From the NCBI GenBank assembly GCA_030770535.1, contig JASVEC010000024.1:186001-250000 (forward strand): DNA of 64,000 nt. The letters are read 5' to 3'. Position numbers and translations under genes: made by a program. The stretch is from Batkoa obscura. Lineage: Eukaryota. Positions within the stretch are counted from its first letter, which is position 1. Each line of letters starts with the position of its first letter. The notes beneath the pieces are model-generated. The model ran no database searches and was not told where the DNA came from. It worked only from the letters and a program-made list of their open reading frames with translations. Shown here piece after piece: positions 18,150 through 30,249 of the stretch.

Positions 18150-18883
18150 TACAGTAATCATCTGGGATTCATAGATTAATAAGATTTTCAACTATTTTGA
18201 GGAACATTCAGAGGATGCATCTTATGTCTTATTATTTCATAGTTCCCATAAATAATAATGCTACATTATTTATCAAACTCAACATTAACTTCCAGAGTCC
18301 TGATATTCCTATAAATACTAAAGTGATTTTTCGATAAGGAATATCATGTGATCATGTTTAATATCTCAGGGTATGACAAGATCAAAGTACAAAATAAATT
18401 AAGAAATCATAGTTTCGAAATAGTGTTTAAGGATATCTATTGTGCTTTCACTGAAAACTTTAAGTAAAACAAAGCTCTTGTTATTAATAATTATTGGAAT
18501 AGTTCTGTTAGTTAAGCATTGACTTATTGCTACCCATAGAATAAAAGAGATGTACAAATTTAAATGTTCCTTATGCTCCTATCTTAGGCGAGCCAAAAAC
18601 TGAAAGATAAAGGATAGAGAAAAACCCAGCCTTCGGATATCAAGTAAGCTAGATGCTTTTTTAAAGTGATAGTGGTTGTAGTTATTGTCTTTTTTAAAGA
18701 TTACATTGGATGAAGGCAATGTATGAGAGTTTGATAAAAATATATAAGAATTTATCAAATCTTTTTACTATATAAAATTTAACTCCGATTCCACAAACTA
18801 TGGCCATGTGCTATTAAATATGACGTTGTTTAAGCAGTTCGATATATCTGATATCCCAAATTCATAACATATAAATGACAACC
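18150..18883 (+). pseudogene. Degenerate unprocessed epoxide-hydrolase pseudogene (remnants of exons ~1-4)
   Basis: Colinear nucleotide similarity to the gene at 19584 (cttatgtcttattatttcatagttccc; aaggaatatcatgtg; cttaggcgagccaaaaactgaaaga; ccacaaactatggccatgtgctattaaata), with many stops and indels and a retained intron-3 remnant. Confidence 0.85.
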
Positions 18884-18930
18884 TAAGATCTATAAAGTTC
18901 AAAATGTATTATCCTAATTTACTTTTACGA

Positions 18931-19108
18931 TATAGGATTAGTCAAAAGTTTTATAATAGTTTAATAACTCCTCAAGTATATAAAAGACTCTATAAATGTT
19001 AACTATGTAATAATTCCAATATTATTATATCATATGATTAAATTTCATAAAGTTTTATATCATAAAGAGTTATCAAATTGTTAAAAAGAATTTTAGTCAA
19101 ATCCTATA
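18931..19108. repeat. Short TIR-bounded element (~180 bp), degenerate
   Basis: The left end tataggattagtcaaaagttttataatagtttaataactc matches the reverse complement of the right end (tataggatttgactaaaattctttttaacaatttgataactc). Confidence 0.55.
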
Positions 19109-19583
19109 TTAGGAATTTCCCTTTAATTTATTGTATTAATCATATGAACACCTAGAACAAAAAGGAATTGATAAATTAAAAATCAATAATCCGAAATAAG
19201 AGTTGTTTGATTATTCCTAATTTCATGATAACCGATACACAATTAAATATACTGAATACAAGTCATTGTATAACTATTATACTACCTCCCATGTATACAT
19301 TTCTATTACTATTCAAAAAATATATATACTTCTTTCATTTCGATAATAAAGATATCTACAGATTAATAGTATTTTCCATTATTTTCTATTATATTTTCTA
19401 TTTACCTTTTTATCACTTTAAACGTCATCCCTCATTGTATAAAGTCTAATATACTCATAAATTTATGGATAAAAGATATACGAAATTATTAATCCAGGAT
19501 CAAAAATGCAACTATAAATAGCTCCAAAAATACAACTGAATTAGATAAAAAAAACATAAATTCAATATTACAATCAAATAAAA

Positions 19584-20844
19584 ATGGCTATTCAATACGA
19601 TTTAGATAATCCAGAGTCTTATAACCATAAGACTGTTCAATTCAACAATAAAGTATATCGTATGTATATAAAATTCCTTAGGATTCATATATTGACAGTA
19701 TTTTAGATTATGTCGAAGAAGGCGCAAACGACGCACCTTATGTCTTACTACTTCACGGTTTCCCAGAGGTAAAAATATCAAGCTATCATATCATCTATAA
19801 TATTTATAATATGTAGTCATGGTATTCATGGAAATATCAAATCGATTTTTTGATAAAGAAGGGATATCATGTGGTTGCATTTGATATGCCAGGATATGGT
19901 GAAACCAAAGTAGAAGATAAACTAGAAAACTTTACTCTCAAATCTGTAGCTCAAGATATCCATCATATTTTCACTCAACACTTTAAGCAAAACAAAGTGA
20001 TCATTATTGGTCACGATTGGGGTAGTTCCGTTGGTTGGGAATTGGCTTATCGTTATCCAGAGAATATCATCGGATATGTAAGTTTAAGTATTCCTTACTT
20101 CCCTACTTTAGGCGAGCCAAGAACCGAAAAACAAAAGGCTGAAAAAAATTCGGTATTTGGTTATCAAGTAAATTTTCTTTGTTACTATTATATTACTTTA
20201 ATTCTATTATTTTAAAGGTTGCCTTAGGCGAGGGTAATGTAGAAGAATTTGACAATAATGTTGAAAAATTCGTCAAATCATTTTATATAAAAAAACCCAG
20301 CTTCGATCCTACAAACTATGTCCATGTACCATTGAATAAGACCTTGTTTGAACACTTTGATACCTATGATACCTCAAATTCAGAATATATTGATGATAAT
20401 GTAAGATTTTTACATTTTGTGTTGAAGCCTATAACTATTTATTAGTATTTAAATTATTTAATAAGCCAATATAAATTAAATGGGACAAGAGGACCTACCA
20501 ATTGGTATCGTACAAGCTATTTAAATGGGCTTAATGATAAACAAAAACCCCATTTCAATATTGAAGTCAAATCTTTACAAGTAAAATATAATTCAATTGT
20601 TATTACAATACAAACCTAAAGAAATTTTTAGATTTTAGGTTCTAGTGATTTTTGTACTACTTTTAAAGATGCTGCCCAAAACTACTTAAAAGATGCTTCA
20701 GTAGTGGTAAGATTAGTTTATCGAAACTTTAGTTTATGTAACAATGCTTTATCTTAGATTATTGAAGGTGGACATTGGATTCATTATTTTGATCATACTA
20801 GTGTTAATTCTCTGATCGAAGGCTTCTTAAATGAGTTCAAATAA
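19584..20844 (+). CDS. Alpha/beta-hydrolase epoxide hydrolase (soluble-EH-like), copy 1, 7 exons
   Basis: LLLHGFPE-SWYSWKYQI (oxyanion HGxP), DMPGYGET, GHDWGS (nucleophile Asp), GPTNWYR (lid Tyr), LGSSDF (acid), EGGHWI (catalytic His). Six GT-AG introns; TAA at 20842-20844. Confidence 0.9.
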
Positions 20845-21199
20845 CTTCAAATATATATTACTTTATAAACTATTCTCGTTTTTGTTTACTATTATCATGC
20901 TATAATTATATCAACTTGTTTACTAGTGTTATACCACAAGAAAAATAGGTAAAAGTTGCTATACCTCATTAATTAATTCAATACTAATAAAAGTTATTAT
21001 TAAATTAAATATAAATCTTTAAAACTAAACAATCATATTTTAAGGAAGTTGCCAATTATAATATTTTTATCAATTTCGCTATAAAATTCGATTAGCTATT
21101 TGATTTGCTAGACTGAGTTTAATTTGAATTAAGTTTGAATTAGAAATTTTTTGTTTTTTATTTTAACTTTTATATAAAAGGCAGTACTTAATAATTAGA

Positions 21200-21637
21200 G
21201 TCAAAAGCAGTTTTTGGTTGATTGACCAGCTGTAAGTCGAAAGGTCTTAGTTTATGTGACTAAGATAGACTTGGATTATGAAGAATAGCGCGTAATAGGT
21301 TACAAGCTATATAAGACAGATAGAATAGATAATACTAATGTAAATCTACGTAAAATACTATTAAGTAAACTTACTGGCTTTATTAAATGTTCGAGATATC
21401 AGGGAATAATTCAGTTAAAAAGCCTCGAACTACTATACTCTGTAAACTCTTTTATACTCTGAAAAGTATAAATATCAAAATGAGAAGATAATATTCTTCG
21501 GGATGGAGCTAGAAATTCTCATAGCAAATCAAGCTGAGAGTGTGCGATTGATTGCCCCTAAACTCGAGAACACAACAGCTTAGGCGATTGTTATGTTATA
21601 GTTAACCATGGGATTGACAAAGCGATATTTCACAAAG
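21200..21637 (+). repeat. ~430-bp dispersed repeat, copy A (probable degenerate transposon fragment)
   Basis: Reverse-complement match to 25888-26350, near-identical over ~21233-21530; weaker match to 25128-25535. Confidence 0.85.
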
Positions 21638-21716
21638 AATTTTGGTAATAACCTTTTCACTCAAATAGCACTTAAAAAATGGAAAAGTAATGAAATCAAA
21701 AAAAAACATCTACATA
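21635..21716 (-). mobile_element. MITE-like element, truncated copy 4, abutting repeat copy A
   Basis: aagaattttggtaata..cactcaaatagcacttaaaaaatggaaaagtaatgaa..acatctacata. Confidence 0.75.
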
Positions 21717-22029
21717 TACTTTTCTTTAATTTTAAAAATATAATAACTTGGTTTAATAATAATTTCAAGACAGATTAGTTTACTTAAATATAATATCATC
21801 AATAACAAAATAATAACTCTATTACAATTTTAATTTTTAGCTAATAAAATACTAAATTTTTGAAAAAAAAGAAATTTATAATTAAAACTATTGGTTTTTT
21901 ACATAAATTTAAAAATAAAATAAACTACAGCTTTTTTATTTTTAATGAGTTATTAATCCCCATTTATTCTTTTTCGTGTTTTCCACAACCTTTAATAATA
22001 CTTGTAGCTTGCTGGCTATTTATTTATGC

Positions 22030-22260
22030 TATATCAGATTATTAGCAGATTTTTTTCATCTCCTTAGTTAGGATCTTCAGCTTTATTTTTTGACTGGAAC
22101 AATTTATTTACAATGTAAATAGAAGCGGCCTCTCATAATCTTCCTTTTTCAAAAGTTGACATAGTAATAGTCAAACTTATACTCAGATCTAAATTAGTAG
22201 TAGCTTCTTTCTTATCTCTCAATCTTTGTTTTATCCTTTGTACTTTAACTTTTTTGTAAT
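22030..22260. repeat. Diverged ~230-bp direct repeat; partner at ~26833-27055
   Basis: Shared blocks ttattagcagat, gtcaa(a/g)cttat(a/t)ctc(a/g)gatc and tttgttttatcctt in the same order and spacing. Confidence 0.65.
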
Positions 22261-22797
22261 TAAAATATTCTAATATTTCAAATCCTCACCTTTTAAAAAT
22301 ATGATCAATATTTATAATTTTTAATTTTATTTAAGATCATATGCAAATAATGCTAGTCATAACATTGATCTACAAAAATTTGACCAGCATTGTTTATCTA
22401 CAATACACATGTGGTTAATAGCTTTAGCTTTCATTACTAATCACAATTTTTGATAGATCTTTTTGCATTACAGGGTAAACAAAATGGGGATAAACTATAG
22501 CAATTAGTAAAATTTTAAAGATAACTTGACTAATATAACCCATAAGAACTCAATAGTAATAAAATCTTCAAAAAATATTAAACAAAAAATATTACAATAG
22601 ACTAGCAATTCAGGCATTCTTTTCATTTATTAAAATATGACACTTTTCCTTAGCTATTTGTATGTTTAAATTATAATTAGATATAAAATGTATATATTGT
22701 TTATCCGGTATTGAGAATATAAGTATAAATAGTATCAAAGATATGACAAAGTTAGATCAAAATAAAAATACAAACTCAACATTATAATCAAATAAAA

Positions 22798-24061
22798 ATG
22801 GCCATTAAATACGATTTAGATAATCCAGAGTCTTATAACCATAAGACTGTTCAATTCAACAATAAAGTATATCGTATGTATATAAAATTCCTTAGGATTC
22901 ATATATTGACAGTATTTTAGATTATGTCGAAGAAGGCGCAAACGACGCACCTTATGTCTTACTACTTCACGGTTTCCCAGAGGTAAAAATATCAAGCTAT
23001 CATATCATCTATAATATTTATAATATGTAGTCATGGTATTCATGGAAATATCAAATCGATTTTTTGATAAAGAAGGGATATCATGTGGTTGCATTTGATA
23101 TGCCAGGATATGGTGAAACCAAAGTAGAAGATAAACTAGAAAACTTTACGTTCAAAACTGTATCTGAAGATATCCATCATATTTTCACTCAACACTTTAA
23201 GCAAAACAAAGTGATCATTATTGGTCACGATTGGGGTAGTTCCGTTGGTTGGGAATTGGCTTATCGTTATCCAGAGAATATCATCGGATATGTAAGTTTA
23301 AGTATTCCTTACTTCCCTACCTTAGGTGAGCCAAAAACTGAAAGACAAAAAGCAGAGGAATACTCTGGATATGGATACCAGGTTAATTAATTTAAAATAT
23401 AATTAATAACCATTATTATAATTTCTTTTTTAAAGGTTGCTTTAGGTGAGGGTAACGTGAAAGAATTTGATAAACACATTGAAAGATTTATAAAATCCTT
23501 TTATTATAAAAAACATAGCTTTGATTTTACAAACTATGCTCATGTACCATTAAATAAGACTTTATTTGAGCATTTTGATACATTCGATACCTCAAAATCA
23601 GGATGTATTGATGATAGTGTAAGCTTTATATACCTTATGTTGAGATTTATTAATCGTTTGCTAGTATTTAACTTACTTATATAGTCAATTTAAAATACAA
23701 GGAACAAAAGGACCAACTAATTGGTACCGTACAAGTTATTTAAATGGACTTAATGATAAACAAAAACCTCATCTTAATGTTGAAGTCAAATCTTTACAGG
23801 TAAAATATAATTTGGCACTTTTTGTAGTAATAGCTAAAATGTTATTTAGATAATAGGGGCTAATGATTCATGTATTCTTGTTAAAGATATAGCTCAAAAC
23901 TACTTAAAGAATGCCTCGACAGTGGTAAGCTTAATTTATAGAGATTTTATTTTACTTAGTAACCTCCTTCTTAGATCCTTGAAGGTGGTCATTGGATTCA
24001 TTATTTTGATCATGAGGAAGTTACTATTTTAATTGAAAACTTTTTAAAGGAGTTTAAATAA
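22798..24061 (+). CDS. Epoxide hydrolase copy 2, 7 exons
   Basis: Same exon structure as copy 1; HGFPE, GHDWGS, GPTNWYR, IGANDS and EGGHWI are intact; TAA at 24059-24061. Confidence 0.9.
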
Positions 24062-24677
24062 CTTTAAGATAATATGTTTTAAAACTGATTTTTTATTTAT
24101 GTCTACTATTATTATGTTATAATTGTATTGATTTTTTTACTAATATTATATAGTAATAAGCATAAACTGCTATATCTTATTAGGTTAAGTGTAGATATTT
24201 GAGGTTTTGAATAGCTATTTTAATTGCTTTAATCTGGTTTAAACTGTATTTAAGATTGCTATGCTAAATTATATCAAATTTGAGAAATATATAAAGTAAG
24301 CAGATATCAGCTTTAATTAATGTGTTTTGAGTAAGATAGGTTAGTTTTTTTAAAATCGAACAATACTTGAATTTTTAAATACACAAATTAAATTTTTTTC
24401 ATCAACTTTTTAGTTAATTTTTAATGTGAAACATTAAAATTCAAATAAACTCAAATAAACTCAAAGGTGTATTTAATATTAATTATCAGATCTGAATTAA
24501 TACTTAGTACATTTTCAGATGTACTGAATAATTATTTTATACTAAATAGCTAATATACTTATAATACTTTCTAGCTTTTTAATGCAAAAACACTTTGTAA
24601 TAATATTTTATAGAGAAATTTACTTATTAATATAGTTATTAATAAACATATTATTATTTCTAATAGCTATAACAACT

Positions 24678-24783
24678 ATAAGGGAGTGTTTTTTTTGACT
24701 TCATTATTTTTTCCATTTTTTAAGCGCTATTTGAGCGGAAAATTTGTTAGTGAAATTCTTAAACACAAAAATACATCCCCATA
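24678..24783 (+). mobile_element. MITE-like element, copy 5
   Basis: Internal consensus with right TIR acatccccata. Confidence 0.85.
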
Positions 24784-24797
24784 ACTTTACTAAAAGA

Positions 24798-24901
24798 TAT
24801 AGGAGTGTTTTTTTAACTTCATTACTTTTTCCATTTTTAAGCGCCTATTTAAGTGGAAAATCCGTTAGTAAAATTCTTAGTCATAAAAATACATCCTCAT
24901 A
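24798..24901 (+). mobile_element. MITE-like element, copy 6, in tandem with copy 5
   Basis: Internal consensus with right end acatcctcata. Confidence 0.8.
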
Positions 24902-25013
24902 TAAAACATTGCTTTATTGGCTTTATAGTTAATTATATAAGAATTATTTAAGTTGTTTATAAAAATAAATTATTATAATAAGATTTAAATAATTTTGCTA
25001 TTAAAATCTAGTA

Positions 25014-25113
25014 TATGAGGATGTATTTTTTGTTTGAGAATTTTACTAATGATCTTTCCACTCAAACAGTGATTAAAAAATGGAAAAAGTGATGAAATCA
25101 AAAAATGCTCATA
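25014..25113 (-). mobile_element. MITE-like element, copy 7
   Basis: tatgaggatgt...gaaatcaaaaaatgctcata. Confidence 0.8.
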
Positions 25114-25127
25114 TTTTTAAATTTATA

Positions 25128-25535
25128 TTGTGAAATATTGCCTTTTCAGCTCTATGATTGATTAGAACATAACAGTCAATCTTGAAACTTTTATTTTAAT
25201 TTGCTATGTAATTCTGAAGGATGTTATCTTCCCATTTTGATCTCCATACTTATTAGAGTATAAAAGAGATTCTTGGGCATAACAACTTGAAGCTTTTCAA
25301 TTAAATTGCCCCCTGATATCGTACCTTTAATAAAGCCACTAAGTCTTTCTGATGGTATTTTACGTAGGTTTTACAGTAGTATTGTTTACTCTATCTGTCT
25401 TACATAATGTATAGCCTATTACGTACTATCCTTCATAACTCAAGTCTATCTTAGTCGCATAAATTAAGGCCTTTCGATTTACAATATAGTCAATCAGACA
25501 ATAACTGTTATTGACTTCAACCACTGAGTATCAGG
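25128..25535 (-). repeat. ~430-bp dispersed repeat, older diverged copy B
   Basis: Contains gtgaaatattgcc..., agagtataaaagag, cctgatatc, caagtctatcttagtcgcataaa, cctttcgatttac, colinear with 25888-26350. Confidence 0.75.
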
Positions 25536-25760
25536 TTCCACATAGCCTATTTAATTATAATATAATATGATCATGTTTTTTTGCATTTAATTAACTTTAG
25601 GTGGGTTTTACTACTGAAGGTTATTATATTTTTAAATTCAGACATAATTAATTTAAAGCTTTTTATTTAAATTTGTTATAAAAATAGTTACCACTTAATT
25701 GCAAAAAATATCATCTTTGTATTTTAATACAATAATTTAGAGCTTTTTTATTAAACTATT

Positions 25761-25862
25761 TGGGGATGTATTTTTTGATTTCATCACCTTTTCTATTTTT
25801 TAAGTGATATTTGAGAGGAAAGATTGGTAATAAAATTCTTGAACAAAAAAATACATCCCCAT
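25761..25862 (+). mobile_element. MITE-like element, copy 8
   Basis: tggggatgta...tacatccccat. Confidence 0.85.
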
Positions 25863-25887
25863 TTCTTAATGGCATATTTTTCAATAA

Positions 25888-26350
25888 AGCTATGTGAAAT
25901 ATCGCTTTGTCAGTCCCATGGTTAATTATAACATAACAATCGCCTAAGTTATTGTGTTTTTGAGTTCAGAGAAAATCAATCCTACGTTCTTAGTTTGGTT
26001 TGCTATGAGAATTTCTAGCTCCATCCTGAAGAATATTATCTTCTCATTTTGATATTTATACTTTTCAGAGTATAAAAGAGTTTACAGAGTATAAAAGAGT
26101 TTACAGAGTATAGTAGTTCGAGGCTTTTTAACTGAATTATTCCCTGATATCTCGAACATTTAATAAAGCCAGTAAGTTTACTTAATAGTATTTTACGTAG
26201 ATTTACATTAGTATTATCTATTCTATCTGTCTTATATAGCTTGTAACCTATTACGCGCTATTCTTCATAATCCAAGTCTATCTTAGTCACATAAACTAAG
26301 ACCTTTCGACTTATAGTGTAATCAACCCAGCAATAGCTGTTCTTGACTCC
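25888..26350 (-). repeat. ~430-bp dispersed repeat, copy C, carrying a 19-bp tandem duplication (26066-26103)
   Basis: Reverse complement of 21200-21637. The unit cagagtataaaagagttta occurs twice here but once in copy A. Confidence 0.85.
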
Positions 26351-27649
26351 AAACCTTGAGTACTAGATTTCACAGCTATTAGCCTTTGTAATGTTTTTTA
26401 TAGATTTTATAATAGTATTATTTATTTTACATAGTTTATAGATTAGTATATATTAACTTTAGTTATATAGACTAGAACTTTTTAACTTATAGTCAGTTAA
26501 TTAAGCAAAAGCTGCTTTTAATTTTAATTATTAAATAATAACTTTTATAACTATCAGTAAAAAATAATAACTTAGGTTAGTGGTAATTTTTAAAAGTATT
26601 TTTTTTGACTTATTTTATAAATAAGTAAAAAGTAAAATGTTTAGTTTTATAGCTAATATTTAAATTTATTATGTTGTAAATTTGACATATTAATAAATAG
26701 TTTGAAAAACTATAGTCTAATTCGAATTAACTTAATTTATTTTACTTTATTTTTAATAAACTATTAAACTTTTCCACTTTTTTTACTTTTTTCTACGATT
26801 TTTATAATGTTTACAGCTCTTATTGATTATTACTTATATCAAATTATTAGCAGATATTTTATTTTTTCAATAAGATCCTCCAGGTTTATTTTTTAATTAA
26901 AACAATTCATTTAAAGTACAATTATAAACAGTTTTTATAGCCTGTCTTTTTTAAAGCTTTTATAGTGAAAGTCAAGCTTATTCTCGGATCCAACCTAATA
27001 TTAGCTTCTATAGTTTTTAATTTTTGTTTTATCCTTCATACTTTTAACTTTTATAAGATATTCTATTTTCAAAGATAAAGATTAAAGATTCAAAATATTA
27101 AACTAAAATTTAAACAGAGAATTAATCAAATTAGTTCAGAACCTAGTTTAATATTTATACATTTGACACCATAAATACAAAAAATGCCATGTATAATGAT
27201 AATATTAATCAAATTTGAGTTTATTATTTAAAGCAAGTTCATTTACTATTAACATAAAACGTTCTATTTAAACTCAACCCTTAGTAATATGGTATTTCCA
27301 ATATTTGCTGTAGGATGAAATTACTTAAAGTAAGCATTAGGGCTAAAACTTTTCAAAACTTGGATCTTAAATTCTATATTAAGATGGAATTCCCAAGAGT
27401 ATATAGTTCTAAATGTTATATAGTTATAGTTTTTTTGATCATTTATTTGTTCATTTTGTAAGTCCTAACAATGAAATTTTGCCAGTAAAATCGCAAGTAA
27501 AAAAACATGCTAATATACTAAATCAATCCCTTAAAGAATCAAAATATAAATTGAAATCTCCCATAATAACCATAAACTCAAGGATTCAAATATTTTCAAA
27601 GTTTTTTAACAAAAGTTTTAACTTATCAAAATAGAATTAATATATAAAA

Positions 27650-28585
27650 ATGAGTGCCACTTATGATTCCAATATTGCCAAAATTCATCGTATTTATACG
27701 AATGTAAGAACTATGATCGAAAGTAGAGTAAGTTTTAGATTTAAGAAAAAAAAGGATTTAAATTTAAAATTTGAACAATAGAATTATAGGATTGTTGAAG
27801 ACGCTATTTCACTTGATATTTTTATTAGAGAAGGGGGAGTAGAGTAAGTTTTATTTCTATCAATTTGTTTTAAAAATAAGAAAAAGCAAACAATATTTTA
27901 CTTAAACTAATTTCCTTTCCTACTTTCTAGTCGCTCCATGTTAGAGTTTACAGCTGAAAAAGAAGGGGATAGTGAAGATCGAATTTTAGCTACTTTTTTA
28001 TCAAATGCTTCTTCAGGTGTACAACCAGTTAAAGAGTAGGTTTTTTAATATAAATATTAAGGGATTTGTCAGTTTACTTTTTTTGTTTAGCATCTATAAC
28101 AAATTAGAAGCAAGAAATATTCCACGTTGTGTTATTATATGTGAAAAAAAATTAACTCCAGCAGCTGTTAAAGTAAATTCATAATCTGATCCTTTTAATA
28201 TACTTTTATATTAATTTTCTTTAACCAATAATAGGGATTATTAAGTTTTGCACCTAAATTTTTATGTGAAGTATTTGAAGAAAAAGAATGCCAAATTAAT
28301 ATCACAGAACATGTATTAGTTCCTAAGCATGTACTTTTGACTAAAGAAGAAAAAGAAACATTATTAAAAAGATATCATTTAAAAGATACTCAATTACCCC
28401 GTATTCAACAAAATGATCCTGTAGCTAGATATTATGGACTTAGACGCGGAGATGTAAGTTAGATTGATTTTCCTAAAAAGAAACTTTGAGATACTAATGT
28501 CGTAATTTTTTACTTTTAGGTCGTCAAAATTGTTAGAAATTCAGAAACGGCAGGTAGATATTTAACTTATCGTCTTTGTTTGTAA
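27650..28585 (+). CDS. RPB5: RNA polymerase I/II/III shared subunit Rpb5 (multi-exon; absent from the ORF track)
   Basis: C-terminal [74 protein letters not shown]. Confidence 0.95.
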
Positions 28586-28717
28586 TTTATATAAACTTTT
28601 AAATTGAATATTTATACATGAATTCTATACATATCTTTAAATTTTAGTTTTTAATTTTTTGGACTTTTTAAAGCTTCAATTTTTTAATTTTTCACTTCTT
28701 TTATTCTTTAAAAAATA

Positions 28718-30028
28718 ATGATCGATGAATTTAACTATTTAATAACTTCACCAGCTTTAGCCAATTTATTAGCTGAAACATCTACCTCTAAGGGGGAAGG
28801 AATGGTAATTAACTATTCTAATATTCTAGATTTGGAAGTATTAGAATAAATTTTATATAGGAAGGTTTTTTATTTGGGATACAAGATTTGGACTCTCATA
28901 AAAATATAACTGATAATTCGGATGAATTAAAATTTAAAAAAATATTAAACAGTATGATTAAAGGCTATATTAAATTCAATCAACAACAAAGATTATTTTT
29001 AATGGATATTGATGGGAACTGTGAAGAAAATATATTAAAGCAAATTTTAAAAGAAGAACAAAAAGTAAGATTTCGTAGCTATTAAATTTTATAAAAGGAT
29101 GATGTGTTCATAGATCAATAGAATCTAGTAGGCTATTTTTATTTTACTGATAATGAAGAAGAGCCATTACTTCCTTCTTTAAGATTGCAAAGATTTATTA
29201 GTTCACTTATCAAACTTAATCTAAATAACGATAATAATGGGATGGAAAAACCAATGTTAATATTAGCTATGAATGGAACTAAAAAAGATAATGAATATTC
29301 TATACATCAAACTAAATTCAAGTTATTTTCAATTTTTAATGAGTAAGTATATATTATTTTTTGTCTTTTATGTAAATATAAATATCATTTTTTTAGTTTA
29401 AGTTGTAACATTGCAAAATTAAAGATATTAAATTTAACCGATTTTAATCCCCAATTAAAAAATGAAGCTAATGAAGACTTAAATGAGATAGATAAGTTAA
29501 ATTTTACAAATCTAATAGCTCCAAGGTAATTACATTATAATTCTATTGTTAATATTTAATATACATATTCTTTCTTTAATAGTTCTATTACATATAACAA
29601 ATCTATTAAACAAAAAATTGAAAAACCAAATGTTAATAAATTGATATCCACTCATAATGAATTATTTAAAGTTGCTTATGAAGAGTTTAAAGTAAACATT
29701 ATTCTATTTTAACTATAAATTATTTAATTAAATTGATTTTTATTCCTTTTTGATTTAGGACCTTTTATCCACTTACCTTTTAGGATTTTCAACTTCTGCT
29801 ACCACCACATCACCTCCTATCCTTCGTTCTTCAAGGTGATGATTTTATATAGTTTAATTCCTAATTATTAAATTGTTTTTTAGTATAAAATCCCCACCTT
29901 TTAATTCGACTTTACTTATACCTGAAAAACTGGAAAACAATCAAGAACAAGTTAATGAAATTCAATTGAATAAGAAAGATACTGCCAACAATAGTAAAAA
30001 TGATTTATTTAAATTCGATAGTTTATGA
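28718..30028 (+). CDS. Abraxas/ABRO1 (FAM175)-like MPN- scaffold protein (BRISC/BRCA1-A type), multi-exon
   Basis: Spliced N-terminus ITSPALANLLAE..GM|EGFLFGIQD..KNITDN..IKGY..LFLMDIDGNCEENILKQIL..|NLVGYFYF..LLPSLRLQ resembles the Abraxas pattern EGFLLG..SISD..FYD..G.VNEE.L..IL..VIGWYRFR..MS.RE. Confidence 0.65.
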
Positions 30029-30249
30029 AATAAAATTAAAATAAAACTTTAATATTATTTTTTGATCTTTGTAAGTTATTTTTATTTAGTTACTTTTATT
30101 TTTTAGAAATAAAATCTGTCAATGTTCTAATTTAAAATTTGATTGGTTTAATTCAATTTATTACATAGTTTTTCAAAACAACTCATAAGAAATGACAACT
30201 ATTTTTTTATAAAATTTTCAAATCCAGAAACAGAACACAACTAGTAAAA

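Noticed and set aside
24744..24932. Similar small ORFs at 24744..24932 and 53278..53499 (..AYLSGK.VSKIL.HKN..) as a peptide family
   Set aside because: The similarity comes entirely from reading through the MITE sequence; other copies are not open.
24678..25113. Clustered ~104-bp repeats as a CRISPR array
   Set aside because: The units are too long, occur in both orientations, are dispersed across the window and carry TIRs. There are no regular spacers or cas genes, and the DNA is eukaryotic.
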